Shown in pieces: positions 1 through 15,339 of a DNA stretch of 64,000 nt (its first letter is position 1; each line of letters begins with the position of its first letter). The DNA is from the human T2T-CHM13v2.0 reference genome, Homo sapiens: the NCBI RefSeq assembly GCF_009914755.1, contig NC_060937.1; one strand, written 5' to 3'. The position numbers were made by a program, and so were the translations under genes. The notes below the pieces were generated by a model. That model saw nothing but the letters and a program-made list of their open reading frames with translations, was not told where the DNA came from and did no database searches.

Positions 1-108
1 AAGAGAAGAGGTTGGTCTTGCTGTCTTAGGAGTGGCAGAGTCAGAAGAAAATCCACATATAAGTGGACATGCATAGTTCAAACCACTGTTTTTCAAGGAT
101 CAACTATA
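1..108 (+). mobile_element. Tigger3/MER8-like DNA transposon end
   Basis: aaaatccacatataagtggac...gttcaaacc...ttcaaggatcaact resembles the Tigger3 terminal sequence. Confidence 0.6.
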
Positions 109-113
109 GTTCA

Positions 114-490
<377 letters not shown>

Positions 491-966
491 TCAGTTCCAA
501 TAACAATTCTTGCTTTTCAACTTTATTTTCATGACTCCTTGATTGATTCAACATGATTTTAAGAAAAGTCCTGTTCCCTGGGACTGCATTACAAGCTGTG
601 TAGATAGCTCCCATGAAATGGAAATTAACCCCACACCAGGGGAGGCAAATTGTCCTATAGATTATTCTATATTATGTAGACTTTCAATTATGTAGACTTC
701 CACAGACTTTGATCAAAACAAAATCTTCCCTAAGAGTCCACCAGGCTCATATAGCAAATCTAAAATAACTTCTTGTCAAGGCAGGTAAAAACTGGCCACA
801 ATTATGGCCACAATTTTGTAAAAAGTAGCATTTGGAAGTTGTAACTATAGTTCTAAAAATGAAGTAAGCATCCTGATCCATAAGGTGTCAATAAAGTTCT
901 AGACGTTTTTGATATAGAAAAAAAAAATGACAAACTGTCATCTGTCTGTTGTATTCTGAACACTTG

Positions 967-1288
<322 letters not shown>

Positions 1289-2019
1289 CACACATTCTGA
1301 GCACTTTAAAGGACACAGTAAGCCAATAAAATAGGCTGACACATATTTAAGGAGTCACTAGACATCCAGGAGCCCTTCACACTCATCAGAACTCTTGGGA
1401 TGACCCAGACTCTGGCCACATGATTGATTACATTCAAACTTTAGAGCCATCCCCACCCAAAATACATGGCTTGTCTTGGTGCACACATCATAGCAGGTAC
1501 CAAAATACTCTTCAAGAGGATAAACACCAAAGGCCATGGAGGATAGCCACCAAAAATTGGCTTGGCCCACAAATCATAGAACTAATGATGGTGACATCTT
1601 ACTGTTATTTTGCTCACATTAATTGAAAAAGACTAGTGTGAGAAGAGGAAATAAGTAATGATGCAAAACAAGCAGCATCTATACTCTACCCTCCGATGAC
1701 CACAATAATGGTGAACAAATATTTAAATGTAGTTTCCTTAATTTTAGCCATCTACTAGCCCTTTGTCATCTAAAAGTACACTAGTGCTGCTTAGCTCTGT
1801 GTCTCTGTCCTCTCTGTCCTTGCCACCCCCCAGGGAGTCTGTGGCATTTGCTTAGCTCAGGAACTGAGCCTACACAAATATTCAAAAGGATGTCAGCTTG
1901 TTTCCCACTGCCCTACTTTTTGCAGCAAGTTCCCTTTAATTTTGAAGGCAGACTATTTGGTTCACAGAATGAAAAGATTTCCAATACCTCACAAGATCAT
2001 GTGAGTTGTATTTGTGTTT

Positions 2020-2310
2020 TTGTTATTTATTTATTTATTTATTTGGAGACAGGGTCTGGCTCTCTCACCCAGTCTGGAATGCAGTGGCATAATCTCAGTT
2101 CACCACAGCCTTGACCTCCTTGGGCTCAAATGATCTTCCCACCTCAGCCTGGGACTACAGGTGTGTGCTACCACACCCAGCTTATTTTTTGTTGATTTTT
2201 TTGTAGGGATGAGGTTGCCCAGGCTGGTCTTGAACTCCTGAGCTCAAGTGATCTGACCGCCTTGGCCTCCCAAAGTGTTGAGATTACAGGCATGAGCCAC
2301 CACACCCAGC
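2020..2310 (-). mobile_element. Alu (AluJ-like)
   Basis: Reverse Alu with (ttta)n tail. Confidence 0.9.
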
Positions 2311-3531
2311 ACGAGGTGTGTTTGGATTGGAACCGGATCCATGGATGGCGTGAAGTCAGTGTCCATCCTCCTGGCTTGGATATTGCAGGACCAGTTCTTT
2401 TCTGACGCTGGACAGATTCCAGGAGCCTCGCCTTATGTTTAATTAAGTTTGCTCTCCAGGAAGACATTTCTTTTGATGGCTTGATTCAGTGCTTCTCTGT
2501 CTCCCAAAGTAATGATCATGGCATTTATGCTCTTTCCAAAGCATAACTTGTTTGTACTCTGTTCCCTGACAGATTTCTGTAATTGATCTTTAATCACTTT
2601 AGCCTATGCTAGACCATCCTCTAATGCTCAGATCTCTGGGGAGCCTTTAGAATGTTGCATTGTGAATTTTCTTTGGCCATGTATACCTCCATATAGAGTC
2701 TGGTACTTTTAGTCAGAAGGTTCCTGTTCCCAGTTGAATTTGTTCTAGCTGTTTTTCTAATCCAACTTTGTATTCCTATCTTTCCCCCTATTCACTGCAT
2801 TCTGCTTATATGTTACAGCAGATCTCTCTAAAAGGTAGAGTCTTCTTCTGAGATGAAGTCCGTCTTCCTGAATTCCTCCAACACGTAAACTAGTGAGGAA
2901 ATTAGTCTTCTTGTGGTATGGTTTCCAGGCTCAGCAGGTGAGGACTCTCATTGACAGCAATAAGGAACCTAAAACATTTTTTTGTATACTGCTATTACAT
3001 GGAAATTCAGTATTATCCCAAACTATTACCTTCCTGCTTTAGTGCATATCATGAACAATTGACTGCATAGATACCATGATAATAGTGATAGTAACATAAA
3101 CTGAAGAGATTGGGAACATGGTTGTGGGGGTACACATTGATATACCACCTCGACTGATGGTAGGGTAACTTAGCAATCGAGGTACCTTAGCATTAGAGCT
3201 CTTCTGCAAGAAAAATGGCAAGGATGAATGAGAAAACAACAGTATATTATGAAAAAAGTTGAAGATCTAAGTGGCCCAAACCATGACTACACAAATTATA
3301 ACAATAACTACTTTTCTTCCTGTTGTCTCATAGTTCTGAGTAAGTCCCCAAGGAAGAGAACACCAGCTCCCAGGGCACCAGTGTGGTCCCAAACTGGTTC
3401 TGTACTCTGAAACTCATTCCCCCTCTTCAGCCCACATCTTCATCTAAGAGAAGCTGAGAGTGGCAAAACCAAATAAAATGCAAAGAGAGGATTTCTTCTA
3501 GGAGAGTGGCAAGTGAACTGTGTGTTTCCTT

Positions 3532-3971
3532 TGTCAAAAAACAAAATCTCAACAAATTCAATTTAAAATTTAATTGGATTTTATTAGCAATTCATGAATC
3601 AAGCAGCACCCCATCTTGGACAAGATTTGGACAGGCGTTCTGCTGGACATGGAAAAACAGTCCGTTTTTTAAAGGTAGCTTGAGCAGGAACAAGGAAATA
3701 GTATAATACAAAAAAGCAGATTGGTTAGTGTCAGATTACTTTTGTTGTAAGGGTTAGAGCAGAGGGGACTTCCTTATTATATGGGCTAAAACTGGGCTGA
3801 TCAGAGATTTGGCTATCATCTCTTTCCTGATTTCTCAGAAGGTCAGATTAAACAACCTATTTTCAGTTTGGGGATGTGAAACTTGAGCATGAGTGACTGC
3901 ATTCTGGTTTGGTCTGCAGGAACCTGGTGCAGGAGCTCAGTCTAAATCAATGGACTCTCATAAATTTAACA
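3532..3971 (-). mobile_element. ERV1 solo LTR (MER31/MER67-like)
   Basis: TG...CA termini and aattggattttattagcaattcatgaatc motif typical of this group. Confidence 0.5.
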
Positions 3972-4477
3972 CCCTTCTTCCTTTCAAGATAAATGAGTAG
4001 GACTTAGAAAAAATATTATAGAGAAATCGCACACACATACCGTATAGTTTGCAGGGTAACAAGGAATGTTGCCTGAATCTTTCTAAAATACATCTAAAAG
4101 CAAGGGACTAGCTAAAGCTGTCTTGATAAAAAATGTAAAAGGCTAGGGACACCAGTAGCTATAGGAGCCAGCTTCTCTTTTATCTCTGGTAGGGCAAGAT
4201 GGTTGGGTTTAGTTATCCCAAAAGGACTTTGTCCAGGAGGACCACATGTGGCAGTATGGCGATCCACCAGCAGAAAGATGCTAAGTAATGGGTATCACTT
4301 AAATCAGGGGAACAGAAGTCATAGAAGCCCCCAGAAAGGAAGCCATCATTAGGACATCTGTCACATGAAAATCCCCAACTACAGATTCCAGTAACACCCA
4401 CCATCTACGATTCGCTCTTCAACTTTAGCTCTCCCCATCCCTGTGCCTTAATTGAAGGAGTCAAAAATAGCAACATA

Positions 4478-4642
<165 letters not shown>

Positions 4643-5056
4643 ATCACAAAAGTAAATAGGGGAGAAAGCGGAGGACAGGAGAATGAAGAAACTGGGCATG
4701 CTGTCTGCCTACCACCCCATTAGTTAATTTTCAGACTTGAATTATAAAGGAGAGAAGCTCCAAAGTACATGAAAAAAAAATGAAGTTTGATATTATTGTT
4801 TTCCAAGGCTTTTTGTAGCCTGAAAATGAGATTGCTTATTAATTCATGAAATTGAATAGAGAAACTAAGGGATCGTCCCAAAACATACTGCAGAGTTGGG
4901 AAAGAAAAAGCAGACACATCAGGTCTGAAGAAAGTGGTAGAAGAAAATAGTTATTTCCTAAATCCTACCAATTCAGCTCATTCAATAAACTGATTGCCCT
5001 GCCATTACCCTTAATTGAGCCCTTTTTAAGTGCTGGCATATTGTCTCATTTAATAC

Positions 5057-5547
5057 TGTAGAGGGGAAAAGTAACTTCTTTTCCTCATCCATCACAAGCG
5101 TCCTGGCTAATACTCCTACAACAAAAGACAGATTAATGAGAGAAAAGCTTAACAAATTTATTTAACAAAAGTTTTACTTGAAACGAGAGCCTTCAGAAAT
5201 AAACACTCAAAGAAATAGAGAAAACTGTTTTCATGCCTAGGTTTGATAAAGAGTGGATAGTCATATGAAAGTATAATTGGACAAAGGGGATATGATCTAG
5301 CAGTAATAAACTGGGGGAACTTAGCAAGGCCTGTTTGTTCAGACTCTTCTCAGCATCACTATGTCTTCATTCCTTTCCTCTGAGTTTAGGGCAGGACACC
5401 TGTCACATGAGGTTCTTATGACCTACTTTCAGGAGAGGTATGTCAAAGAATTCTTTTACAGCCAGCTCTCACACATGAAGATAGGAGAAGGTCAGACAGT
5501 GGCCTCCAAGTTTCCATATTTGGGGTAGCGTGTCCTGGACCCCATCA
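5057..5547 (-). mobile_element. ERV1 solo LTR (MER34-group)
   Basis: Starts tgtagaggggaaaa...caaaagacagattaa and ends catatttggggtagcgtgtcctggaccccatca. Confidence 0.6.
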
Positions 5548-5597
5548 ATAATAACGGCAAATCTATAAGGTAGGCCAGTTCTCACAGTCTCTTGCTA

Positions 5598-6115
<518 letters not shown>

Positions 6116-6793
6116 TTATTCTAGTCATCGAATGTGTAAAATTATAAGGAGAAGATTTGTTTCTCATCAATGCTTACTCAAAAAGAAGTCTTCTTCTGTT
6201 AGGAATATAGCACATACAATAAAAATATGTAAATACACAATGTACCATGTATTTCTTTCCTTTTTTGATGGAAATTGTGCCAAATAGAATTTACCAGAAT
6301 GTTTGTGCTTTTAAACACAAATGTAGCAGTACACAAGCCGGAAGTACATCTGTAGGTGAATTGCTGTTTTATGTATTATATAATTAGGCATCTTTCCCTG
6401 TCTCCCTGTTCTATATCTCTGCCCTTTGAGATCTTCTCAGAGTCCCTTGATGAAGGTATAAAGGCAAGAGTGGTCTAAAATATAGTTAGGGCACTGGTCT
6501 TCCCAGATTGCAATGGCCCAGAACAAATACTACTTCATATATTGGGCTACGAAAGTCATCATCTTTACTCTGTCATTAGAAGCCTTTTTTGCCTAATTAG
6601 AAATGGACCTTTGATAAAGTAACCTACTCACATTTCTGTAAATCTCCCATCGTTGGAAAAATTAATGTTGCTATAAACTGATGGGGTTTAATGCCTCATT
6701 ACAGTTCATCTTAGTCAAAACAAGAGCATCTTAATAAATAAGCAACTTAGTTAAACCAACAATTTAACAAGTTTTTTTTTAAATACCACCCCT

Positions 6794-7084
6794 GGCCGGG
6801 CACAGTGGCTTATGCCTGTAATCCTAGCACTTTGGGAGGCTGAGGCAGGTGGACCACGAGGTCAGTAGTTCGAGACCAGCCTGGCCAGCATGGCGAAACC
6901 CCATCTCTACTAATAATACAAAAATTAGCTGGGTGTGGTGGCGGGCACCTGTAATTCAGCTACTTGGGAGGCTGAGGCAGAAGAATCGCTTGAATCCAGG
7001 AGGCAGAGTTTGTAGTGAGCCGAGATTGCACCATTGCACTCAAGCCTGGGCAACAAGAGTGCCCATCTCAAAAAAAAAAAAAAA
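6794..7084 (+). mobile_element. Alu (AluS)
   Basis: Full dimer; taccacccc / tacccccg flanks. Confidence 0.95.
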
Positions 7085-7386
7085 GCTACCCCCCGCCCAC
7101 CATATCTACATATAGCAAGAAGGATGAGAGCATCACCTATTTCTCATCCAGACTCAGACTTTTGCTGCCATGGCAAATGGATCCAGTTGCCAGCTCTATG
7201 TTTATATGTGAATCAGGGACTGCTTCTTATTGCCCTTCCAGTCACACTATTTGTCTGGGACCAGACTTATGTAGATTACTGAAAAATAATTTTTAAAATA
7301 AATTTCCCTACTAATGTTCAAATCAGGAGTCAGCTTGGTGTGTGAGTATCTGATAACATCACAATGATTATGAATATATGTCATGT

Positions 7387-7826
7387 TGCTATGGCTCGGA
7401 CGTGGTTTGTCCCCACCAAAACTCATGGAAATTTGAGCCCCATTGTGGCAATATTGGATGATGCGGATTAGTGGGAGGTGTTTGGGTCATGGGGGCAGAT
7501 CCTTCATGAATGGCTTGGTGCCATTCTCAAGGCAGTAAGTTTTTGCTCTGTCGAGACTGGAATAGTTCTCTCAGGAATGGATTAGTTCCCATGAAAGCTG
7601 GCTGTTGTAACGTGAGGCTCCTCCTCCTGTTTTGTCCCCTCTTCACACGTGACCACTTTCCCTGTGACCTTCTCCACTATGTTTTGACCTCCACCATGTC
7701 TGGCCCTCACCTGAAGCCAAGCAGATGCTGGTGCCATGCTTCTTGTGAGCTAAATAAATCTCTTTCCTTTATAAATTAGCCAGCATCAGGTATTCTATTA
7801 CAGCATCACAAAACAGACTAACGCAC
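7387..7826 (+). mobile_element. MaLR LTR (MST/MLT1A-like)
   Basis: tgctatgg...gtttgtccccaccaaaactcatg start; aataaatctctttcctttataaattagccagcatcaggtattct...aaacagactaa end. Confidence 0.8.
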
Positions 7827-9972
7827 ATGTGTTGATAAAAGAACTGTTCTTGTAAAGGAACCACAGAAGGTCATGCTTGGGGATATTTCTGTGCTATCCT
7901 GCATTGTATTAACATATGAGCAATACATCTTGTGACATTTGTGTTAGGCCAGATTCAAGAATGATTTGGGATGTAAAAGATAAAAAACATAGGCACTCAG
8001 CCTCTGACTGAAGTGAACATAATGAGGCATGACTATCTAAGAATATGTAAGCCCTAAAACTGCTTCACCTTTCACGATGAGATAAATATAAAAGTGTTAT
8101 GTATCCAACAATTCTTTAGAATCTTCTTTCAAAGGAGGTCATCTCCTGGCTGTTCTAAACAAAATCAGAACAGTATTTCTGAAATTCTGAGCACAGTCTC
8201 TTTTTTGTTCATGCATTATCTACAAACTGAGGAATGCAAGAAACATAAATAGAGGCTTAAAAATGAACTCTATGTTCATTTTTATTTTCCTAATATTCTT
8301 CCCACTTTCCTGGAAGCAAAAGATGAGTTTTTTTAAAATAAATTTTAATTAAATAAAATAGTGATACATGATATAATGTGTAATACAGATTGTCATAAAC
8401 AAATTTCTCATATCAGAATTCTTCAATGTGATTCCTATGCTATAATAACAATGGTAAAGTTCTGTTTTGGTGAGAATTGGTACTCTGTGGACACCAAGCT
8501 TCATAGGTGATTGGAAAAGGATTGAAGAAAAGGTGATTGGCAAAAGAAAATTAGAATGGTTCTTTTCCTCAGCCCCCAACTCACAGCATAAATTACTTCT
8601 CAGGAAAACATGACGCTGTTTTATGGAAATAAGAAAAAAAGAAAAATAAGCTAGAAAAGGGGAAATGGAGTATAGAGTTGGAAATAGAGGAGAAAAGGCA
8701 TAGCCCTTTGGTTCTAGAAAATAATTCTTAACTTTCATTAAAGTTAAATAAAAATTAACCATATATCATTTTCTTTACTAAAGGCAGAAGGCCAAGTCAG
8801 GGTTAAATTACTCGAATGTTGAGAAAGTGGAATTAAAGCAGTAGATTGAAATTGATTGGTCCCTACCAGCCTGCATCCCCCTTTAAGGGAAACTGCAGTG
8901 CCACAGCCCCTGTTCTATGTGAAAGGATTCCTCCTCCAATCAATGACTGACTGGATCAAGAATGGGCACCTTACCCAGGTGTAGACCATCCATGGCTTTT
9001 CCATGAGCTCCAACCAACCCAGCAATAGGAAGACAAATTAGGCAAAACAAAGTCTTACCATCTGGAGTCTGAAATGGAAACCCTGGAGAAATGGCACCAG
9101 TGAGCAGTGAGAATTAAGATGGAAAGGTCCTAAGGAACTGAAGGACATGAATCCCATTCATGGCCACTATATCTTAAAGTCCCAGCAAGAAACAGAAGAT
9201 ATAGATGGTTCAAAGAAAGAGACTTTAACCAAGACTGTTTGCAGAAATGTAAGCAGGGTTAAGAGAACACACAAAGGACGGTAAAGCCATCCAGAACGTA
9301 GCAGCAGCAGGAAGCCATTACTACCTGGGTATGAAGGAGCAGGGGGCAGAAATAGGGTTACTGGTGCTCAGCAAGACCTAGTAATGTGGAAGAGTGCCCC
9401 TCAGCAGGAGCTGTAGCCTCAGAGGGATATAGAGACTGCCAGAGAGGCAAAGTGGAGGAGAGAAGCAGAGTGCAGGCAGTATCCTCATCTCTCACTTTCC
9501 CCTTGCTCTGGTGGCCCACTTAATGAGTTAGTCAAACCCAGTCGGAATCCAGAGACCATGGGAATTCTGGTATGGTTCAGTCCAGCCTGCCTCCACCCCT
9601 AGCACAGAAAAGAACAGGGGACAGCAAGCAAAGTACATCTACAGGTCAAACAGAGACCAACCAGAAAGCCATGTGCAAGCCCAAGTTATGAAGGATCTGA
9701 AGAAAGCTGGTAGACAAAGGAAAACTGTCCAGAAAAAAGTAGGTGACCTGAGAGAAAGAGAGCTGGGGAGAGCAGCTGGTCCCTAGACCTGCCTCAATTC
9801 TGATGCCATTCTGTTCTAGTTCTGTCCACTCACTGCAATGCCCCACCCTGACCCCCAGAGCTTGAGGCCCCTTTAATAGGCCTTGCTTCCTTGTCATGAA
9901 AAATAAGCCAGATTATCAAAAAAGAATAAGCACTTTTTCATCTCACTGTTTCCCACTTAAAGAGACTACTCC

Positions 9973-10273
<301 letters not shown>

Positions 10274-10650
10274 CTACTCCTTTGGTAATTGATAAGCACC
10301 ATTTTCAAAAACACAAAAGAAGGAATGTGCATGGCTATAGGGAAATAGGAGGATTAGTAAGGAAATAAATAGAGGAGATGAGGAAGCCCATGCAGAATTT
10401 ACACAATGCCTTGTCTTTCCAGTAAGTCTTTAAAGAGTAAATGGATGGAATCTAAATGAAATAATGGCAATAGTAATAATGCTAAAATTTTGCTTTGACA
10501 ATAATCTGAGTTCCTACCACTTAAAAAATACCATATGTGCAAAATCTTACTGGTTGATGACAAATACACTATGTTTACGAATTCCTGAGCTAGGATATCT
10601 GTTTGTACATCTAAGTATACTAGATTACTTCTTAGTATGTTATAGATAAT

Positions 10651-10752
10651 TCAGTGATTCTCAACCCTGATTGCATATTAGAATTACCTGGAGAGCTTTT
10701 TAATAATATGGATGCCTTGGCCCCTCGCCAGACCAATTGAATCAAAATCCCA
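10651..10752. mobile_element. MER5A fragment (hAT-Charlie)
   Basis: cagtgattctcaaccctgattgcatattagaattacctggagagcttt. Confidence 0.7.
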
Positions 10753-10837
10753 AGTGACAGGCGCATAAAAGGTCATTACAGTATATTACATTCTAAACTT
10801 AGGAAAGAGCTTACAGATCATTTAGACCAACTTCATC

Positions 10838-11350
10838 ATTAAGGAGGTTCAGGAAAGGCCACCCCAAGTTACCTTGTTATACTGACTACTTTGAAGTGAG
10901 AGCACTTGGGAGGCATTGGGTGCAGACAGAGGCATTCTCAGAACATCTCTTATCTCCCTAAAGACAGATCCTCCAGAAGGAACTCCAATCCCATCACTGG
11001 GGGATTTATCAACTAGGAAGATTAACTCTTATCACAGGAGAGGAAGACTAGAAGTCAGTACCATACCCAGACAACATTTGTAACAAACTGTCATCTATTC
11101 TTCTAAGAGCCCATTCATTTTTCCCAGAAATTATTTACTCTCCCCTGAGTTACCTACATCCCCACTTCGCTCTGCCCTGTGAAGAAGGTATATAAGCTTC
11201 TAGATCTCACTGGATTTGGGGGTATTCACTTTTCTGTTATGCGCCTGTGCAAGTAACAAATGTGTATACCTTTTCTCCTGTTTATCTGCCTGCGGTCAGC
11301 TTATTTCCTAGACTGTTTATCAAACCCTCAGAGGGTATAGGGGAAGTCTT
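10838..11350 (+). mobile_element. ERV1 LTR (MER34-like)
   Basis: ggttcagga...ccaccccaa...tgactactttgaagtga start, with TATA-like ggtatataagc. Confidence 0.55.
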
Positions 11351-11534
11351 AAGCTCAGAGATTCCTGGCCCCTGCCTGATCAGTTTCACTGACACTTAGG
11401 AACAAAGCCAGGCTTAGAACCCGAAAGTCCTGCATTCACTCAAGCTCCTTCCCTTAACCTGACTCTTTTGTTAATAGTCATTCAGAAAATACTTTTGAGA
11501 CCTATTGTGTGCTAAGCACTAGATAATAAAATCT

Positions 11535-12666
11535 ATTGCCATTATTTGTGATAGCCAAAACCATAAAACAATCCAAATGTCCATGGTCTGGTAGATGGAT
11601 AAACAATACAATGAAATAATATTCAGCAATAAAAAGGAACAAACTACTGATATAAGAAACAAAGTAAATGAATTTCAAAAACATTATGCTAAATAAAAGA
11701 AGCCAGGTGCAAAAGACCATATATTACATGATTACACTGATATGAAACTGTTACAGTAGGTACTTAGTCAGACGTGAACAAGGCAGGAGAGTGTCCCCCT
11801 TAGGAGGGCAACCATCAGAAGATCATGGTCAGGCAGTGGTTAAACTGCTTCTCTAAAGTAATAATTTGTCGCAGCCCGCGCCAGGGAAAGGCAGTCTCCC
11901 TATAGATAGAAACACCTAAAATTGGTGATCAGCAGCTTCCCAATAAGATCTCAGGAGTTGGCCAAGTGGCTCAAGCATGCACACTAAGAGACAAAATGGC
12001 AGAGTTTAAGTGGTATATGACCTTCCTCTAGAAACACTCAACTGGTAAGGGAAGAATGCCTCAAGTGAACATGTGCACAGTTTTGGTAAACACACTGCAC
12101 ATGCGGCCCCTACCAAGCGCTGGCAGGCCACTGTGCATGCGGACAGCCCACCCCAAGGGAAGAATCAGGGGAGAAGGGACACAACTCCCTGGAAGCATGC
12201 CAACAGATAAAACCCCAAGTCAAAGTCAAACCACGCACTAGATCTCTCAAGTCACCCGCTTGGCCTTCTTCCAAGTGTACTTCACTTCCTTTCTTTCCTG
12301 CTCTAAGGCATTTAAATGAACTTTCACTCCCGCTCAAAAACTTGGCTCAGTCTCTCACTCTGCCTTAGGCCCCTCGGTCAAATTCTTTCTTGTAAGGAGG
12401 TAAGAATTGAGGTCACTGCAGACCGGTACGGATTCATTGCTCCTAACAAAATGTCTAGAAAAGGCAAATCTATGGAGACAAAGATTAGTGGATTCCTGGG
12501 GCTGGAAGTAGGAGCAGGGATTGACTGAGAATGGATAATAAGGGTCTTTTGTGGAGAGATGGAAATGTTCTAAAACCTTTTTGTAAAAATGATTGCAACT
12601 CTACAAATTTACTAAAAATCTTTAAATTGTATACTTACAATAAGTGGACTTTATGGTGTGTAAATT
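11535..12666 (+). mobile_element. Old L1M 3' end interrupted by a MER50-like LTR
   Basis: aaatgtccat...tggataaacaa...tattcagcaataaaaaggaac; resumes after the LTR as aaatgtctagaaaaggcaaatct. Confidence 0.75.
11749..12448 (+). mobile_element. ERV1 solo LTR (MER50-like)
   Basis: tgttacagtaggta...gtcagac...gcaggagag start and ...ctaaca end; 4-bp flanks aaac/aaat. Confidence 0.7.
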
Positions 12667-13024
12667 TGTCTTAGTTCATCTTCTGTCACTGTAATAGAAT
12701 ACCACACACTGGGTAATTTACAAAGAACAGAAGTTTATGTGGCTCACAGTTCAAGTGGCTGAAAAGTCCAAGAGCACAGCTCTGGCATCTGATCAGGGTA
12801 ATACCAAAGTTGAAGGGCAGAGGGCAGAAGCAAGCATAGACAGAGTATATGACACTGAATTTATCTGTTTATCAGGAGCCCACTCCTGTGATAACTAAGC
12901 CATAACGGCATTAATCCATTCATGAGGGCTAACCACCTCTTAAAGGCCCCACTTACTAATACTGTTAACAATGGCAATTGTTTCCAACACATTAACTTTT
13001 GAGGGACATGTTCAAACCGCAGCA
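12667..13024 (-). mobile_element. MaLR LTR (MST/MLT1A-like)
   Basis: tgtcttagttc...aataccac...ctgggtaattta...gggacatgttcaaaccgcagca; 5-bp flanks aaatt/aaatc. Confidence 0.8.
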
Positions 13025-13164
13025 AAATCATACCTCAAAAAAAAGTAGGTTTATTTTTTAAGCTTACTGCCACTTATTGAACACCATAACAGGTATTTGT
13101 ACTAAGATTTAAATAATACTGCTCCGAGTAATATGCTGGTAAAAAAAATTTTTAACCAGTTAAC

Positions 13165-13720
13165 TGATGGCTGGAAATGAAACAAAACTTTTCTCCCACC
13201 TGCTTAGGTTTCTTGCCTGGGAGCTTGTAAATTAAACTCACAAAAGATAGATTAGTAAAAGAAAAGGGTTTATTTACAAGAACTACATGTACATAGGAGG
13301 GCTCAGAGATGAGTTACTGAAATGGATGGTTAGAATTTGAGGCTTATATACCTAAATTAGTAAGGAAAGGGAAGACGGAGTAAATGTTCCTATGGGATGA
13401 ACAAATAGGTTCCTTTAGGAAAAACAAATGTGGTTTTAGGAGAACAAATGAGCAATAAGGCATTTTGTGATAATATATGTTTATGTAGGTTTTCTGAACT
13501 CATGGTCATGGGGTATTTATGGTAGATTTACTCTTGGTCTCTCTCCTGGTAGTAGCTTTCCTCAAGAGGGAATTTATGATGGTCTTCATTTATCAGAAGT
13601 TTCAGCTTCTAGTCAGATAAAGGAAGCTCTGAGAAGGCTTCTTTCTGTATCAATTGAATCTCAAGTGTCTTCAGCTTAAAATAATCTTTATGCCAATTCT
13701 GGGGTTCTGGGTGTGTCACT
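13165..13720 (-). mobile_element. ERV1 LTR (MER34-related)
   Basis: caaaagatagattag...aaagggtttattt; tcttcagcttaaaataatctttatgcca near the end. Confidence 0.5.
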
Positions 13721-13900
13721 ACCTGAGATAAAGAATATTAGCACGTGATTCACAAACATTGATAAAATATACAATACTCAATACTGTAAATTCTATACAT
13801 CCATAACTTCAAGGTGACTTACTATTTCTTATGAAAATCACTATCAGTTTTTATGAATTCACCAACAACAGTGTCCCAAATTCAAAATAAGAATAAATGC

Positions 13901-14672
<772 letters not shown>

Positions 14673-15035
14673 GTAACATTATTTATGAATAAAGTTATAT
14701 TTTTTCATTTAAAAAAAGGAATAAATGCTTGGTTTCTGTCCAATTCAGTAAAGAAGTAAAGTGTACTTTTTGTTCTTTTTCTTTTTTTTGATGATGGCAA
14801 GGACATAAAGTTTTGACATGAATGTTGATAGACATTTTTGTTTATATTGAGAAAAAACAAAAGTGAAACAATGAAGATGTATATAAGGTCTTCACTTGTT
14901 CAATGATGTGATGTAAGCAGTTTCTTTGCTGAATTGCATGATAGTTTTCAAATACTGAAAGAATATTTTCTCAGTTGGGGGGGTTGGATATTCACAATGT
15001 GAGAGCTGCAGATAGAATACATTTTCAGTTTAATC

Positions 15036-15339
15036 TTTTTCTTTTTCTTTTTTTCTTTTTTGATGGAGTCTCACTCTGTTGCCCAGGCTGGAGTGCAGTG
15101 GCACAGTCTTGGCTTACTGCAATCTCTTCCTCCTGGGTTCGAGCGATTCTCATGCCTCAGCCTCCTGAGTAGCTGGGATTATAGGTGTGGACCACCACAC
15201 CTGGCTGATTTTTGTATTTTTAGTAGAGACGGGGTTTCATCATGTTGGTCAGGCTGGTCTCGAACTCGTGACCTCGTGATCCACCTGCCTGAGCCTCCCA
15301 AAGCGCTGGGATTACAGGTGGGAGCCACTGAGCCTGGCC
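15036..15339 (-). mobile_element. Alu (AluS)
   Basis: Reverse dimer; TSD tttaatctt. Confidence 0.93.

Noticed and set aside
671-816. Small tandem duplications (attatgtagactt x2; tggccacaatt x2)
   Set aside because: Ordinary slippage duplications with no further structure.
8349-8762. 137-aa hydrophobic minus-strand ORF
   Set aside because: Low-complexity AT-rich composition (F/L/I/Y), with no domain similarity or promoter/splice support.
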